Shown here piece by piece: positions 21,298-34,726 of a stretch of 64,000 bases of DNA. Source of the stretch: Tubulanus polymorphus (lineage: Eukaryota > Animalia > Nemertea); assembly GCF_964204645.1 (NCBI RefSeq), contig NC_134031.1, positions 7,812,001 through 7,876,000 of the forward strand, written 5' to 3'. Below the pieces are notes generated by a model. It had not been told where the DNA came from. It ran no database searches and saw only the letters and a program-made list of their open reading frames with translations. How positions within the stretch are numbered: the first letter of the stretch is position 1; every line of letters starts with the position of its first letter. The position numbers and the translations under genes are program-made.

Positions 21298-24200
21298 ATG
21301 TCCGCCACGAAGCCCCCGCTCGCTCGAGATAATACTATGAAAGCTACAGCGAAGGTATTACTCTGTTTGATTGCTCGGGTAGATCAGTAAAGTCAAACTC
21401 CAGAGGAGGTTTGATTATTTTGAGTCGAGTGAGAGCGGAGAGAAAATTGTCAAAATTCAATTCAATCAAATCGGCGTTCGATCAAACTTTGTTTAATCAA
21501 TCAGGTCTATCTCTAGTTAGTTACCTAATCGTTGGTGGTAAGCTTTTTATAATCGGATGGGCTTATACCAACGTTAGGGATGACAAGGGCCAAAACAAGG
21601 ATTGAAAAAAGTAACACTTCAAAAATATACTTTCTATTCACTTTAGTCAGTAACCTGTCTGTGGTTTAGTTTCATGATCGGATATTTTCACAAACCACAG
21701 TCAGGAATGGGAAGGTCATTTTTGCAGGCAATTTTCCTGGCTATGACAATAAACTACTGCATTGTGAAGTTCCAATGCCCTATCCTATAGGCCTACACAC
21801 ACATGGGACTTAACAAACATTAATGCTGTCGGCAGGTTAAGGGTTAAGCCCAAGGTTAGATTAAAGGCAGGTGATATTTTGCCGATGTGGCATATTCCTA
21901 TTAAGGCTATTTTGCCAATGGCTTGTTCTGATTGGCTTATTTACACCTTGCATGTGCATTGAAGTGCCGTGACTTAAAAAAGTCGAGGAAAGGGCTGACA
22001 GTAGAGTTAGAGAAATTAGAGCGGATAGAGCAGTATTCGAATCCGGGCCAGCATATTGCCAGCTTACTGTCTTTCCACTAGACCGCCTAGACTGGTTGAA
22101 TCCCACTGAATGTTTTAACAACATGTAGCACTCAACCTAATCCTAACCCTATCCCCAATAGTCAAATTTTCATGCACTCTGAGCGTTTCAAGGCACTGTT
22201 TGACTATTGCACATGGGGTTAAAATGAACCATGCATGTAGGCTTACTCGAAATGTAGCATTGAAAAAACTGAAAAATGAATGATACGAAGGAAATCTTCC
22301 AAAGGCATGCCTGAGCACCCAAAGCACTCCCTAAATCTGCTATTAAAATCGTATTTGTTAGGTTGACCTAGTCAACTGGGAAATTATCAGTTCATCAATG
22401 ACTGAGTGAACCAGCTGCATGGTTTGGACATTATGTCATTTCAAAATGCTGGCATCCAGAGCTGAGAAAACAGTTAATAAGCAGATACAGTGGAACCTCG
22501 TTCTAACAAACCTCTGGGGAAAAATAAAAAGTTTGTATTATCCGATAGTTCGTTAGATCTGTTTCACATCATTTATGTATGAAAAGAGAACACCCCATGG
22601 TGTGAAGAAACACAAACCAACTGGCTTCATTGGAGTAGGCCTACTATTTAGTATAAATACTGACAGCTAATAAATCACTTATTGACAACTGTAAACTATG
22701 AAATAAAATGTAAATTCAATATTCAATATATATAGTCAAATTTCAATATATGTTAAAGATGAAGTTTATAATAGAACATTGAGTACGTAATAGATGAATA
22801 ATCCCCTAGCAATTCTTCTGATTGATTCACTCAGAATTTTGTGTAATCATATGAAAAAAATCAGGGAAAACTCAGGGGATTTTGTAAATGGGTGGTAAGC
22901 GGCTTCCCCTGCTAGGTTTAGTGTGAGAAACAGGGTTCATATTACAAGATTCCTTGCAAACTTATCTTCACCAAAGACCTCAGTTCTACTCAAAAGTTGA
23001 GAATTGAAACTATTTGAATTTTGGGAAAGTCCTCAAAAACTTGAAAAGTCAATGTTTGTTTTTCACATAGTGAACATTTAGGCATGGACTAGTAGTATGA
23101 GGTCTCGCCAATTCAGGGGCCCTACTATTTTGATTATAACTGGATCTATAATGAGATGATTGATTATTCGGTGCTAGCACAATTAACTTAGGTCAAATGT
23201 GCACAGCTTAGATAGGCTTACACCAATCACTGAATGAATGTATTTCTTGTTTCTTTTTCATAGGAAGGTGTTGCCTATTTAAAATCTGAAGGCAAACAGT
23301 CTCTATTAGTTGAACAAGGATTAGTAAAACCTACTTTGGCCAGGGATAGTACTATGGTTAACACTGCAAAGGTACGTAAACAAATCTATCAGTGACAAGT
23401 GTTTAGTCAGAGTTCAGTCGAAAAACCACTAGGCCTAATTTTCTTGAAAACTTAAACTGAGCAAATATGATTTTAGTTACCACTCTGTGTTGCTGGTATG
23501 AAATAGATTAGGTAAATGGGTTAGTAGTAATTATTCCTGCATGGTACATAGATAGATAAGAGGCAAACTAAAAAGATAGACAAGAAAATTAATTTTAATA
23601 AATTATTTGACGCCTGCTAAAAAATGTAGAATTTTTGGATAAGCTAATGTGAAATTGCAAATTGGAATCGAAGTTTTATTAAGAAATTGGCGAAATATGA
23701 GATTTGGCGATTGGGTAGGTGATGAGGAGGCTCCGAGCACTGTAATAGTCAGTGGTTTAATTTTTTTTATTGAAAATTGTCAATAATTGATAACTTGCGA
23801 CCGACTTCGTTCACTTTTGCCTCTAAGCTGGTCTGCAACTTCATTGTTTCCATGGTTGAGGAAAGAGCTCGTCTGATGTCTGCTTCATCTGACTTTGGAG
23901 CATATCGCGTGGCTCGTAATCAGACGGCCCGGTCCCGGTTTGGCTGTCACTCGATATCCTCTTAATGTCATATAAAGTTTGCTATTCTGTATGAATTACG
24001 TATGTGTTTTGTGTAGTATTTTCTTATTTTAAAATTTGTCACATTATTAAATTTGGGAATTTTATATGTAATAAAGATCAATAAAGAATTGAATTGAATT
24101 GTCACCATCAGAGGACGCGGAGCCATATATGACAGCTATGCTATCATAAATTGCTAATCTCAAGAAACCTGCATACCCCTAATATCGAACATATTTTCTA

Positions 24201-27200
24201 AAACATTTGAATATTGAAATTATATGTTTACACATTTTTGGTTTACCTATGCCGTCACTTTTGAGCGGGTGCGTCCACTTTTTGGTGGTACTTTTTTTTT
24301 ATGCTAGTAGTGGTGCCAAGTTGTTCGCAAACGGTCCATGACACGAGCTCCTAGCCGCATGCAAAGAACCGGGATCATAGCTATCGATTTCTCGGAGATT
24401 TCTGCCTTTTTGATTTCACGCAATTTACAACGTACGCTCTCAGAATTTCAGTTTGATTTCTACATGTGCCCGCTCTTATCGGGCGTATAAATTTGCGAAT
24501 TTGCTGGCGAATCTGATCGCTGCGATCAGGCAAAAAAATACACTCGTGTGCCCTTGGCTTTTTCGTTTTCTGATATATGTTGAATTATGTCGAGCATTTC
24601 ATAAGGCTGTGGTAAGGCCATGGGCACTTATTATATTGACCGCTTATAGCCGCCGATGAAATTCACGCCGGCCCTACACAGATCGTAGATAGCTTCGTCA
24701 TTCCACCAGCATCCCCATTTCAGGGTCTTACTTTTATATCAGACTCCCAAATCGTGTATACATCCGCCATTTTGAACGAATAATCCGATTTACGTATAAT
24801 TTCGATTTATGCCTGCCGCTTCTGATATAAGCATACATCCATTACTATTACAATACGTCTTCGAATGATATTCAATGCAATATAACATTTCGACGTTCAA
24901 ATAGAGCTCATTATATAATCACAGGAAGACATTCTACATCTTTGTCAATAATATATTGCCAAATAGCTTGTATGTGTATACATAGACCTGTGACGTATTG
25001 CAACAGGTTTACTGGTTGTCGTTTGTAAATGGGCACTCAGGTCGCCCTTACAACTGCGACTACAACTGGAAGTGACGTGATTCGAGCAACTGGCAGCGAT
25101 CGTCAGCGACTGGTTTTTAGGCCAGCCGTAGGCTGAGCCTATTACTATACAAATGGAGCGAATTTAAATGACATGGTTTTCACACAAAAGGCTCTTTTGC
25201 TTGTCAAGTGAGGGCATATTCGAACAAATCACGTATTTGAGCGTAATCCATTCTCGGAATCGTAGCGAGCAGAATTTTGAAATAGGGTCTCATAAAAATG
25301 TTTTCTGCATTTTTCACGAAAGTTAAATCGGGAAAATTTCAATTTTTACCAGCCAATCAGGAAGTTGTGTCTTCCCTGTGATTGGTTTATCTGAAAATAT
25401 CAGCAGCTGTTCACGTGAATTATCGCGATTTCATTACTGGCGCTTTTGCGCATGACGTCATGTATCGACACGCGACAATACTTCCGCGTTCGCTACGTGT
25501 TCGCTGATTGGCCCATTTACTGGGAAATTCCACAGAAGCCTAATGTGGTTTGTTACAAGCGCTGTGATTGGCCCGACCCGATTCTGGCATGGCTTTAGCT
25601 TAGTGGGTTCGAATCCCTTGACGCGTGAAGATGATGGATCCTATCAATATCTATTGAAACAAATAAGTTTCCCGGTTGGGCAGCCGCGGATATCTACCGG
25701 AAGTGTTCCGGTTCGATATTTCGAGGTTTCTTTGAATTTTGGAGTGATATTGAAATCCGGTAAATACCAGCGGTAGATTGTGAAAACCCATTGCATGATA
25801 TTTGTATTACTTAATCCACGAAAAGCGTCGGGGCCGCGCCAGGAGTTTTCGTGATTCAAGTAGCGCAATAGCCTACTTCTTCGTGTTCGTCCACCTCAAT
25901 TTTCATTCCGCCGATCTCTGACACGGCTCTGTCCCCGTCGGCGCTGTGATTGCACTTTCGTACCACCAAAATTTTTTATTTCTATATCAGGGAGGTCTGG
26001 AGAATAAAAAAGTCAAAATTTGGATATCACATAGGCCTGATTTCATCGAATAAGTCGACCATGGTCGTTACGTTTCCGTACTTATTACCACCTAAAACCG
26101 TCTGAACAATTTTGTCACAACCAACATTTCGTTTACAGAAATCAGGTGTTCACGTGAACCCGCGGTATCGTCTACTGTTTTACTTCCGGGTTTTATTTTA
26201 AGATTTAAAATTGTATTTCAAGATCGATTTCTATGAAATCTTTAGTTGATTTGGTGTTTGGGAGGAATTTTTATTTGCTCTACAGAAAATTCATCCTTGA
26301 CAATTGCGCAAGGTTCGCGAAAAAAATGGTTTTACCAAATCGGGTGTATGACCTTGATATGCTAATTAGCCATGTGCCCATATTGCAAATTCGATCAAAT
26401 TTTATTCTGCCAAAAAAATGTTAAATACAATTCGCTTTCCGAGAGTTTAATGGTATGCTGCATGGAACAAAGTTGTTTTGAGATGGGTCTTGAAGCTATT
26501 GAGGTCGAGAGATAACCATCTAGATAGTTCGTGAGAGTTCCAAAGTTTTGAAGAGGCTTCAAGGTAATGTCTTGATATTTGGTTTATACGTGTATCTACC
26601 CTAGACACATCTTCAGGCCAAAAGCTGGCCCTGTCAGATTCAAGATGGCCGACTGGCAGCCATTGTTGTTCGCCAAAATCAGCACTTTTTACACATTTTT
26701 GAAGTTTTCGAGGAAAATTTTGAAGACACTTTTATCAATAACCTTGATAATTCGTATATATTTGTTTCCCCCGTGGGCCCATCGGCATGAGAAAAATTGG
26801 GTCGATCGGACTCAAGATGGCTGTACTGTGACCTTTTTTGTTCCCAAAAATGTCAATTTTGGCCTGAATTCTGAGTACTGTAGCTTTCTAATGGTGTGCC
26901 ATGTTTCATTGCAATTTGTAATGGGTATTCTTTGGAAAGGGATCTTTTATATCCGAGAGGGTATTTTTGACCAGGCAATTACGACGCACTTGGCGGCCAT
27001 CTTGGAGTCATCAGTACTCATTCGTAGGTGGAAAAAAGTTTTTCCACATCATAATTGATACTTAAGCATATTTTGCTACTATAATCAATTGGAAAGTTGT
27101 AGCTCATGACGTTCTATGATCGAGGTGAGTTTCAAGCTCATTGGTTTTTGTTTATGGCCACCAGAGGGCGTTGAACAATACAATAACTTAGTATTTCTAT

Positions 27201-30200
27201 ATTACATTCGTACCTATGCATATTTCGCTACCACAATCAATTGGAAAGTTGTAGCTCATGACATGGTCTATGATCTTGGTGAGTTTCAAGCTCATTGGTT
27301 TTTGTATATGGCCACCAGGGGGCGTTGAACAATACAATAACTTCGTATTTCTATATTACATTCGTTCCTGCTGTCTGTGTTAACACACGATTTTACTATG
27401 TAAATGATATTGAGCAGGGAGTGTATATTGATAAATATAACCAACAGATTACATCATTTATAAAAAGCAAATCTGACAGGCTGGCCATTGTGCCCCTTGG
27501 GGCTCTTGTTTGCCAGTTGCAGCGACCTGAGCGTTGAACTTTCAGCAACGCGTGGTAGCGACTAGCACTAGTTGTGTGTTTTTGTCGACCTGAGCGCTTC
27601 TGCAACCAGTTTCCGATATCTAACTAAGATGACCTTCACTTTGCCGCTGTTTATGGGTTCGAGTCCTGCTATATTATGTTTATTAAAGTAATTTTATTTG
27701 GGCCACTTTTTGTCAATAACTGACTTTTTGTTCATTCTATAAACACTGATAAACAGAACAGTCTTCATCTTGAAATTGACTAAAAAGTGATTTTTGAACG
27801 AAAATGACAAACTACTTTATCGCCTTATCGTTAGCAGATTGAATCGAATTGAATTGATGAATCTCTGCATTGAGACGTGGCTTAATTTGCTTAAGAAATA
27901 TTTGAACTAAATATTCAGTCAGAAACAAAAATATGTGCTGATAAACATGGGTGGCGCTATTTTGAACAGATCACGTGATCAATTAAATCGTGCGTTGCAG
28001 CAACGGTCATAGGTGACCTGAGCGTGCAGCTGATTAGCGTTGAACGTTTTAATCAGTTGCTGGCAGTCGTTGCTAGTTCTTGTTATAAGCGACCTGAGCG
28101 TGCCAGTCTATAACTAGTGGTCTTCAGTTGCGTCGCGTCGTAGGGCGACCTGAGTGCCCCTTTAAATGACGCTGAATGGTTAACATTGTTTAGCTTTCAT
28201 AACAAAATTATTACTTGGAAAATCACTTAATTCAGTTCATCTTAAGCTATTTAAGAGTGAATTTCTTTCAAATACAACTGGCCCAAGTTTTGAATGGTAT
28301 TTAGTAATTTTTGCAATGAAATCAGCAATCAGTCGATTATGTTCAGCATTCATAACATAAAAAAACACTGACAAAGTCATGATTCAGGCTATAAAGGCTG
28401 AATTCTAATTTTCATAAACGAAAATACAATGACCAGGTTAACGTTTTTTTTCTTCAATCCAATTGTATGACCAAAATGGGTTTTTATATATCTTTCAGGA
28501 GGCAGCTTCCATACTCGGTGATAAAAAACCAGATGCTGATGCTCAGACCCGAGGACAGAATAAGAAAATAGCTGAACTAACTTCAGAACCGCCAGCAAAG
28601 AAAGCTAAAAAGGTTTGCTGAAATCCTATCCATTGAACATGGGTAAATTACAAAGTTGTAAATGGAGTATAAATTGAATACATCTTTTTTTTAAATTTTA
28701 GGCAACAACAATTGGAAACAAGCCTGGAATGAAGAAACTATCTAGTATAGCAAAAACTATACAGGAATGTAAGTGACGTCAAATATATACATAACATAAC
28801 ATAAAACAATAGATCGCTAACACCATATCCATCGAATCAGGCTCTTTTTGATATTTGATTTACCGGAAATCCTGTATCTGTTACCTGTATCCTGATACCT
28901 GTATCTGTTACATAAAGTGGAATCGATAGTTGCAAAAATGTATTTTTGTGATGATCAGGAGGAGTCAATTCTACCTAACAGATGATTGAAAAGTCAAGTA
29001 CCTTTTTCTGTTCCTTGATATCATATCATCCCAGTGTTAATATAATGAACTTGTTTTCTAGCAAAACATATTATGGGAGATTCAAAACTCGGTGATGTTT
29101 CTCAGGGAAGACAATTAAGAAAACGTGCCAATGCCCCACCTCAAAAACCATCTCTGAAAAAAGCTGGAACAATGGAAGCAACTGCTAAGGTATGGAATAT
29201 ATGAAAAACGTTTTCATGAGTTATTTGCATTGATCCTCATTTTCAGCACCAAAAATCAGACCTGCCAACAATTATGATTTTTCTGAAATCATAACAGGTG
29301 TACATAACAAATTATGGGCTTACAATGAGGTGCTCAAAGATACAATTCTATTTCGTTTCGGTTATGGGTTTTGGAGATCCAATGAGATATGCCTCGCGCA
29401 TGCGCCATCAGTTGCCTCTGACGCCATTGCGAGGGTCACGGCGTGAGAGTTCACGCTCGTAAATTTTTCGGATTTTTACGTTCCACTTGCGGGTTTTACA
29501 AGATTTGAGATTGATTATGCAAGAAGGAACGGTACCGGAACCTGGAGATGGGAGCGTGGCTCCTGTTAGTGTTAGTGTTTCCCAGGAAAAACACTCGAAG
29601 AAGCCCTCGACGAGGTCGGGTGGAAATTCCGAGAAAAACAAAATCGCGGCGGCGAGCTCCGCTACGTCGATTTTGCCTTCCACAGCGGCGATTTCTGGTT
29701 CTAGCGCGTCGCGTTGTCAAACTGCCGGGTATTCGAAGGTAAAAGAAAAGAAAGATTCTAATAATAATAACGCTTCGGAATTTCAACGCATCGAGAAACT
29801 TTTGACTGAAGTAATCCAGTCCCAGGTCGAGATGAAGGAAAAAGTGAGTGTTATGTGGGAAGCCGGGTGCGGCGACGAGGTCGGCAGTGATTCGGTTTCG
29901 ATTTCCGATTTCGACCAACAATGCACAAAACGGCATGATATTTCGGACGATGAGGACTATGAGGCGCCGCCACCAGCAAAAAAGAGCAAACCAAGTTCTG
30001 CCGAGGGAAGTGCTCAAGCCGCTGGCTCGAGTAGGCCTAATAGCATTTTTTCAGCAATGCTGAATAAATGGCAAACTAAAGAAACCACAGGAGTTTCTGT
30101 GGATGGAGACCTTGCCAATATTGTGCATGGGCTATTCCAAGAAGGGATTAGCGATGAATCGTATATAGACCTTTGTAAAAAATATGAGAGACCGGACAAT

Positions 30201-33200
30201 TGTGAGAGTCTCGTGCCTGTGAAAGTTGACCAAGTGGTTTGGGATATAATTTCGACGAAGTCACAGGCGATGGATGCAAAGTTACAAGTCACTCAGACTT
30301 GCATCGCAAAGGCAGCGGTCTGTCTTACTTATCTGGCGGATAAGTTTAATATTTGCGAATCGGCCGAGAAGCCGAGTAACGACATCGAGGAATATTCTTC
30401 TGCTTTAGCGCTGCTAGGTCATGGATACCATAACTTATGTTTGCGACGAAGAGAACTGTTAAAACCGGATTTGAAAAATGAGTATACTCATTTGTGTTCC
30501 TCGTCTGTTCCTCATTCCGATAAACTTTTCGGAGGAAATGTGGAAAAAACAATTAAAGATATTACTGATGTGAACCGTGTTGGGTCTAAGTTAAAACCAC
30601 AGACTTCAGGCTTCAGAAACAGGGCTTGGAATTGGAGACCGTGGAAAGGGCGCGGCGCATCTACATCGTACAGCCCATATAGCCATATGCACAAATCGTG
30701 CATAGAGAGCAAAAGAGCATATTCCCGCTAGCTGAACTAGTAGGAACGCTATTATACAACCTGCCACAATTGCATCAGCCAGGTTATTGTTTTCGCCACC
30801 AGGGGGCATTGAATGATGGAATAACTTAGCATTCCAAGACCAATGACAAAATAGAAGTAGCCCTAAATTCTCGTATTGATTGTCATTTCGGGATGGGCGA
30901 ATACCAGTAGCTTGTGACACAGTAGGTGAATTTCATCGTCTAATCAATTTTCATCGAATTTTGCAAAATGTGTCAATGTAGGGGTTCGAGTTGGCTGGAT
31001 TCGCACGAATCAATCAGTCATGTTTGATATCATCACCAAATTTCAACCGCTTGATTGCTGCATTTGCCCAATGTGTCACCACTTCGCAATTACTTCAGGA
31101 AAAAGATACATACTGTCATATTTCGATGAGTCATATATTTCACTGTCTTAAAGATAACTATGAACTTTTTAAAAGTGTGTTGTGCGGGTAATTTTTCCTA
31201 CGTTTAACGTTTACTGGATTAGATAATCTAATCTATGTCAGCCACCGTCGCGGTGCATTGATTTTGGGGCAAGATGCAAGCGACCTACTAAGCAAGCATG
31301 TAGGCCTACAAGTAGTAAAGATAAATTGTATCATGGATGTATTAAATCTAGTTTTATTACGTTCACAATAGTACCATAAGTTAATTTTTTACAATGAATA
31401 GAACTGCTATTGACAAATGTAGTTGGCCAGAAAATAGAGCTTCGAAAATGATTTATTTGATGAATGTATTTTATATCGATTATCGGGCCTATTTGTGTCA
31501 CTTGAAAGGTTCTGAATGTAATGAATATAGTTGTTTTACGTTCATTTCAATCCTCCATTACTTTATTCTACTTGCTTCAACTGCTAGCCATTGCTGATAT
31601 ATTATATTTGGTCTGTTTGTTTTTAGCCCACTTGGGACTTTAGTCCTAGCAGGCTATTATTGCCTTCACTTTACGTCCGTCCGTTTGTCCGTCCGTAGAC
31701 GGAATCCAGTTATTTTGGGAAGTTTTGAAGACGCTTCAAGGTAATGTCTTGATATTTGGTTTATACATGTATCTACCCTAGACACATCTTCAGCCCAAAA
31801 ACTGGTACTGTCAGGTTCAAGATGGCCGACTGGCAGCCATTGTTGTTTGCTTTTTACACATTTTTGAAGTTATCGAGGGGAATTTTGAAGACGCTTTGAT
31901 CAATCACCTTGATAGTTCGTGTATATTTGTATCCCCCAAGGGCCCATATGCGTGAGAAAAATTGGGTCGATCGGATTCAAGATGGCTGTCCTGTGACCTT
32001 TTTTGTGCCCAAAAATTTTGGCCTGAATTCTGAGTCCTGTAGCTTCCTAATGGTTTGCCATTTTTCATTGCAATTTGTGATGGGTATTCTTTGGACTACC
32101 TACAATTTTCTTCCAATATTTCTCTTGCCATCAACCAAACCCAGGAGAGCTATCTCGACCCACAGGCTTCTTGTTTCTATCCCTTAAAGATGCATAAATT
32201 CTGCTTGGAGTTTTGACCAGAAAAGGCCACTTAGCCCTTGTCCGAAGGACATATTGTTGCAAGCTGTTACTGGCATGTAAACCTTTCTGATCTTGTAAAA
32301 TGTAATTTGTTCACATGTAAGCGTAATGGATCTATTTGAAGGATAGCCCATGGTACTCCATACTTATATACAGATTAAGCCCTTTTCAATAGGATGTGCC
32401 CTTATGAAAAAAGGCCCTATATTTTATGGCATTAGCCTTCCATCATTATCTGTAAAGATACAACCAACAGTAAACCTGCAACATGAATAAGTGGAATCCT
32501 ATGCATTTGGAGGCTTTGAAGACGTTACTGTGAATGCCCCAGAATGCATGAAAGTGAAAATTTCCAAAAATTACACTTTCTCCTCGCACACCCAAACATG
32601 CCGCATGCTTTGGATAAAATATGCCCATTTTAGCCCACTTGGGACTTCAGTTGTTCACTTACGTTCACTTTTCATCCATTCATCTGTTTTTATGCATATT
32701 GTATTAACTTTGTCGTCTGTCTGTCCACAGTGGTTTCCTAGAACCCTTCGACAGATTTTCCTGAAATTCAATAATTGTGTTGTACTAGTTGAGGTTAGTA
32801 ACTGAATAGATTTTGGGTCCTGTTGGGTCGAGGTCACAGGAAGCTATTTTTATGGTGGGAGACTATATGGGCAATGACTGTCGTATCTAGTAAAAATCCT
32901 GTGGTTCACCGAACATGGATGTAGTGCCATAACCCTAGAACTGATAATCCAATAGAAATATTCCCGTAACGCGTCAATTGATGTATCTATGATTCTAGCT
33001 TGGCCATCATAGTGTGTTGTATTTAGGTTTTTTCAGATTTCTGATGAAATTATGAAAAATTTTGAGGCTACATAAGGGCCTACCTGTGTCAGCGAGTGGT
33101 TTTTGTTGGTTTTACTCCGCAATGATGAACTGTTGCCACCATTATCCTAACAGTGCTTGCAAACTGATTTATTTGAAAGAAGTTCATAAACAAAACTGCG

Positions 33201-34726
33201 CAGTTCATGGTTTTGTTTGGGTCAGTAGATTATTGTCATTGCAGGGTTCGAAATAAAAACTAGCCTGGATTTTATTTCTTGAAACCACAGTGCGACTGAG
33301 GGATTTTCTTAAGAATATTACCAGTAATGCCTGCATCTACGCAAACTCCGCCACTTGAAGATACTGTCCTCTCAGGGAATCCCCCTAGTTGTACATGGTT
33401 TTGGCTTTAGAGACAACACTACTGTATATGCACGGCATGGCGAGCAGCACTCCGACTCGTGTATTAATGACATATTTAGGTAATTTGGGTCGCAAGGCGT
33501 AATTCTAGTTTTTGGTCAGAATTCCAAGAGCTTCCGAATGGTTTGCCATTTATCGTTGAAATTCATGATCGATATTCTTTGGATCAGTCAATTTTCACCC
33601 AATCAGCGACCATCTTAGTGTTATTAATTCTCATTTGTAGATTCAAAAAAGTGTTTTTGGGAAAAATATCACCAAGTTTTAACTTTCAATTTTTATATTT
33701 GATAAGCGATGTCATAGGAAACATCTCCTTACATGGAATTTTTCCTGCAACCAGGGGAGTTGAATATTATATTATATACAATTTGTCTATTTATATTGGT
33801 ACCGATGGTATCCATATAAAGTAACCGCAATCAATTGCAAAATTATAACCCATGACATTTTCGATCTCATGTGGTCAGTTTCAACGAGGATGAGAATTTC
33901 CCGCTCCTTTTGTGTTGAGTTATGAAAGTATTATTCCCAAGTTTTCTAAAATTGTCCAGATCCATTAACAAAAAAGGCTAAGAATTAATTGGACGCTGAG
34001 TGAGTTTCTGCACTGTGTGAGTTTCTGCACTGTAGTTGGTACTGAATGCAATCGAGTGTATTCAGTTTGAAGGCATTATGCGTTAAATCTTAATTTGCAC
34101 CGTGTGGAACTCGAATCGACTCTCTGTAAACGAAACAATGACCAATCAGCATCCAATTTACATACCAGAGGAGCAACATCATGTTTTTTCATTTTGATTA
34201 TTTTGTCAAAATATACTCTAAAATTGATCTCAGAGTATCTCAAATTCAGAAGTTTTCAAAGGAAAAAAAGTTTTTAGAATCCCTGGTTCTCGTCCAATCC
34301 CTGGTTTCAATAAATGTTCACCAGGAGGCATTGAATATTGAAATCGCCGGATTGTTCAGCACTTCCCAAGCGGGCATGGTGTCGCTGGACCTCTAGTAAC
34401 AAAGCTCCTGGGGACAGTTTAATAGACTGGTTTTAACTTTAACCGGGGGGCTAGCTAGATTCATTTTCAATTTAGTTAGCCCCCAGTTAAAGATAATACC
34501 AGTCTCTAAAACTGGGCCCTGGATCTGCCCTTGCTTAAAGAGTATGTGCAGTTCAGATGTTACACAGTTTCGACCCAGGTCATTAAAACACACCGGTGTA
34601 TATGTAGCTATGAGCTTCTTTTTTTTTTCATAGGAAGGTAAAGAATTTCTGAAACGAGGACGCAAACCTGCTGCTAAAAAAGAACCAGAAAAAATCGATG
34701 AAGAGGATGAGGAAGATGCTGAATAG
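21298..34726 (+). CDS. Uncharacterised 188-aa Lys-rich repeat protein. Exons: 21298-21354, 23264-23371, 28499-28612, 28702-28768, 29062-29189, 34634-34726
   Basis: Not in the ORF track; assembled by eye. All junctions are GT-AG and phases close (0,0,0,1,0). The protein runs MSATKPPLARDNTMKATAKEGVAYL...KPSLKKAGTMEATAKEGKEFLKRGRKPAAKKEPEKIDEEDEEDAE*; an internal repeat across exons supports the model; AATAAA at 34889. Confidence 0.85.
25031..28159. mobile_element. Non-autonomous TIR element (PIF/Harbinger-like ends) with nested repeats
   Basis: Perfect 18-bp TIR gggcactcaggtcgccct / agggcgacctgagtgccc; subterminal gcgacctgagcg repeats; TSD not clean. Confidence 0.65.
26540..27370 (+). mobile_element. 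HINE-like copy with two tandem ~150-bp core repeats
   Basis: Near-identical to 31720-32090 and 50625-50954; tandem duplication at about 27060-27365. Confidence 0.75.
29487..30731 (+). mobile_element. 3'-truncated DIRS/PAT-like retrotransposon (gag ORF only) in intron 5 of the uncharacterised gene
   Basis: 414-aa ORF with RPDNC..L.PVKV...VW, DAKLQ, LLG...LCLRRRELLKP and LFG motifs typical of YR-retroelement gag; no pol follows. Confidence 0.75.
31621..32095 (+). mobile_element. HINE-like copy (5' part)
   Basis: ttttagcccacttgggac..gtcc palindrome followed by a (CGTC)n microsatellite and the family core. Confidence 0.8.

Noticed and set aside
25620-25676. Hammerhead ribozyme (tgaaga...gaaac)
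   Set aside because: The core C is missing and no stem I can form.
26579-27058. 159-aa ORF and similar ORFs at 31909 and 50663 as a gene family
   Set aside because: They are translations of the non-coding HINE repeat.
32095-32290. RTE-type 5' UTR with HDV-like ribozyme
   Set aside because: Only a vague resemblance; no complete fold could be built.
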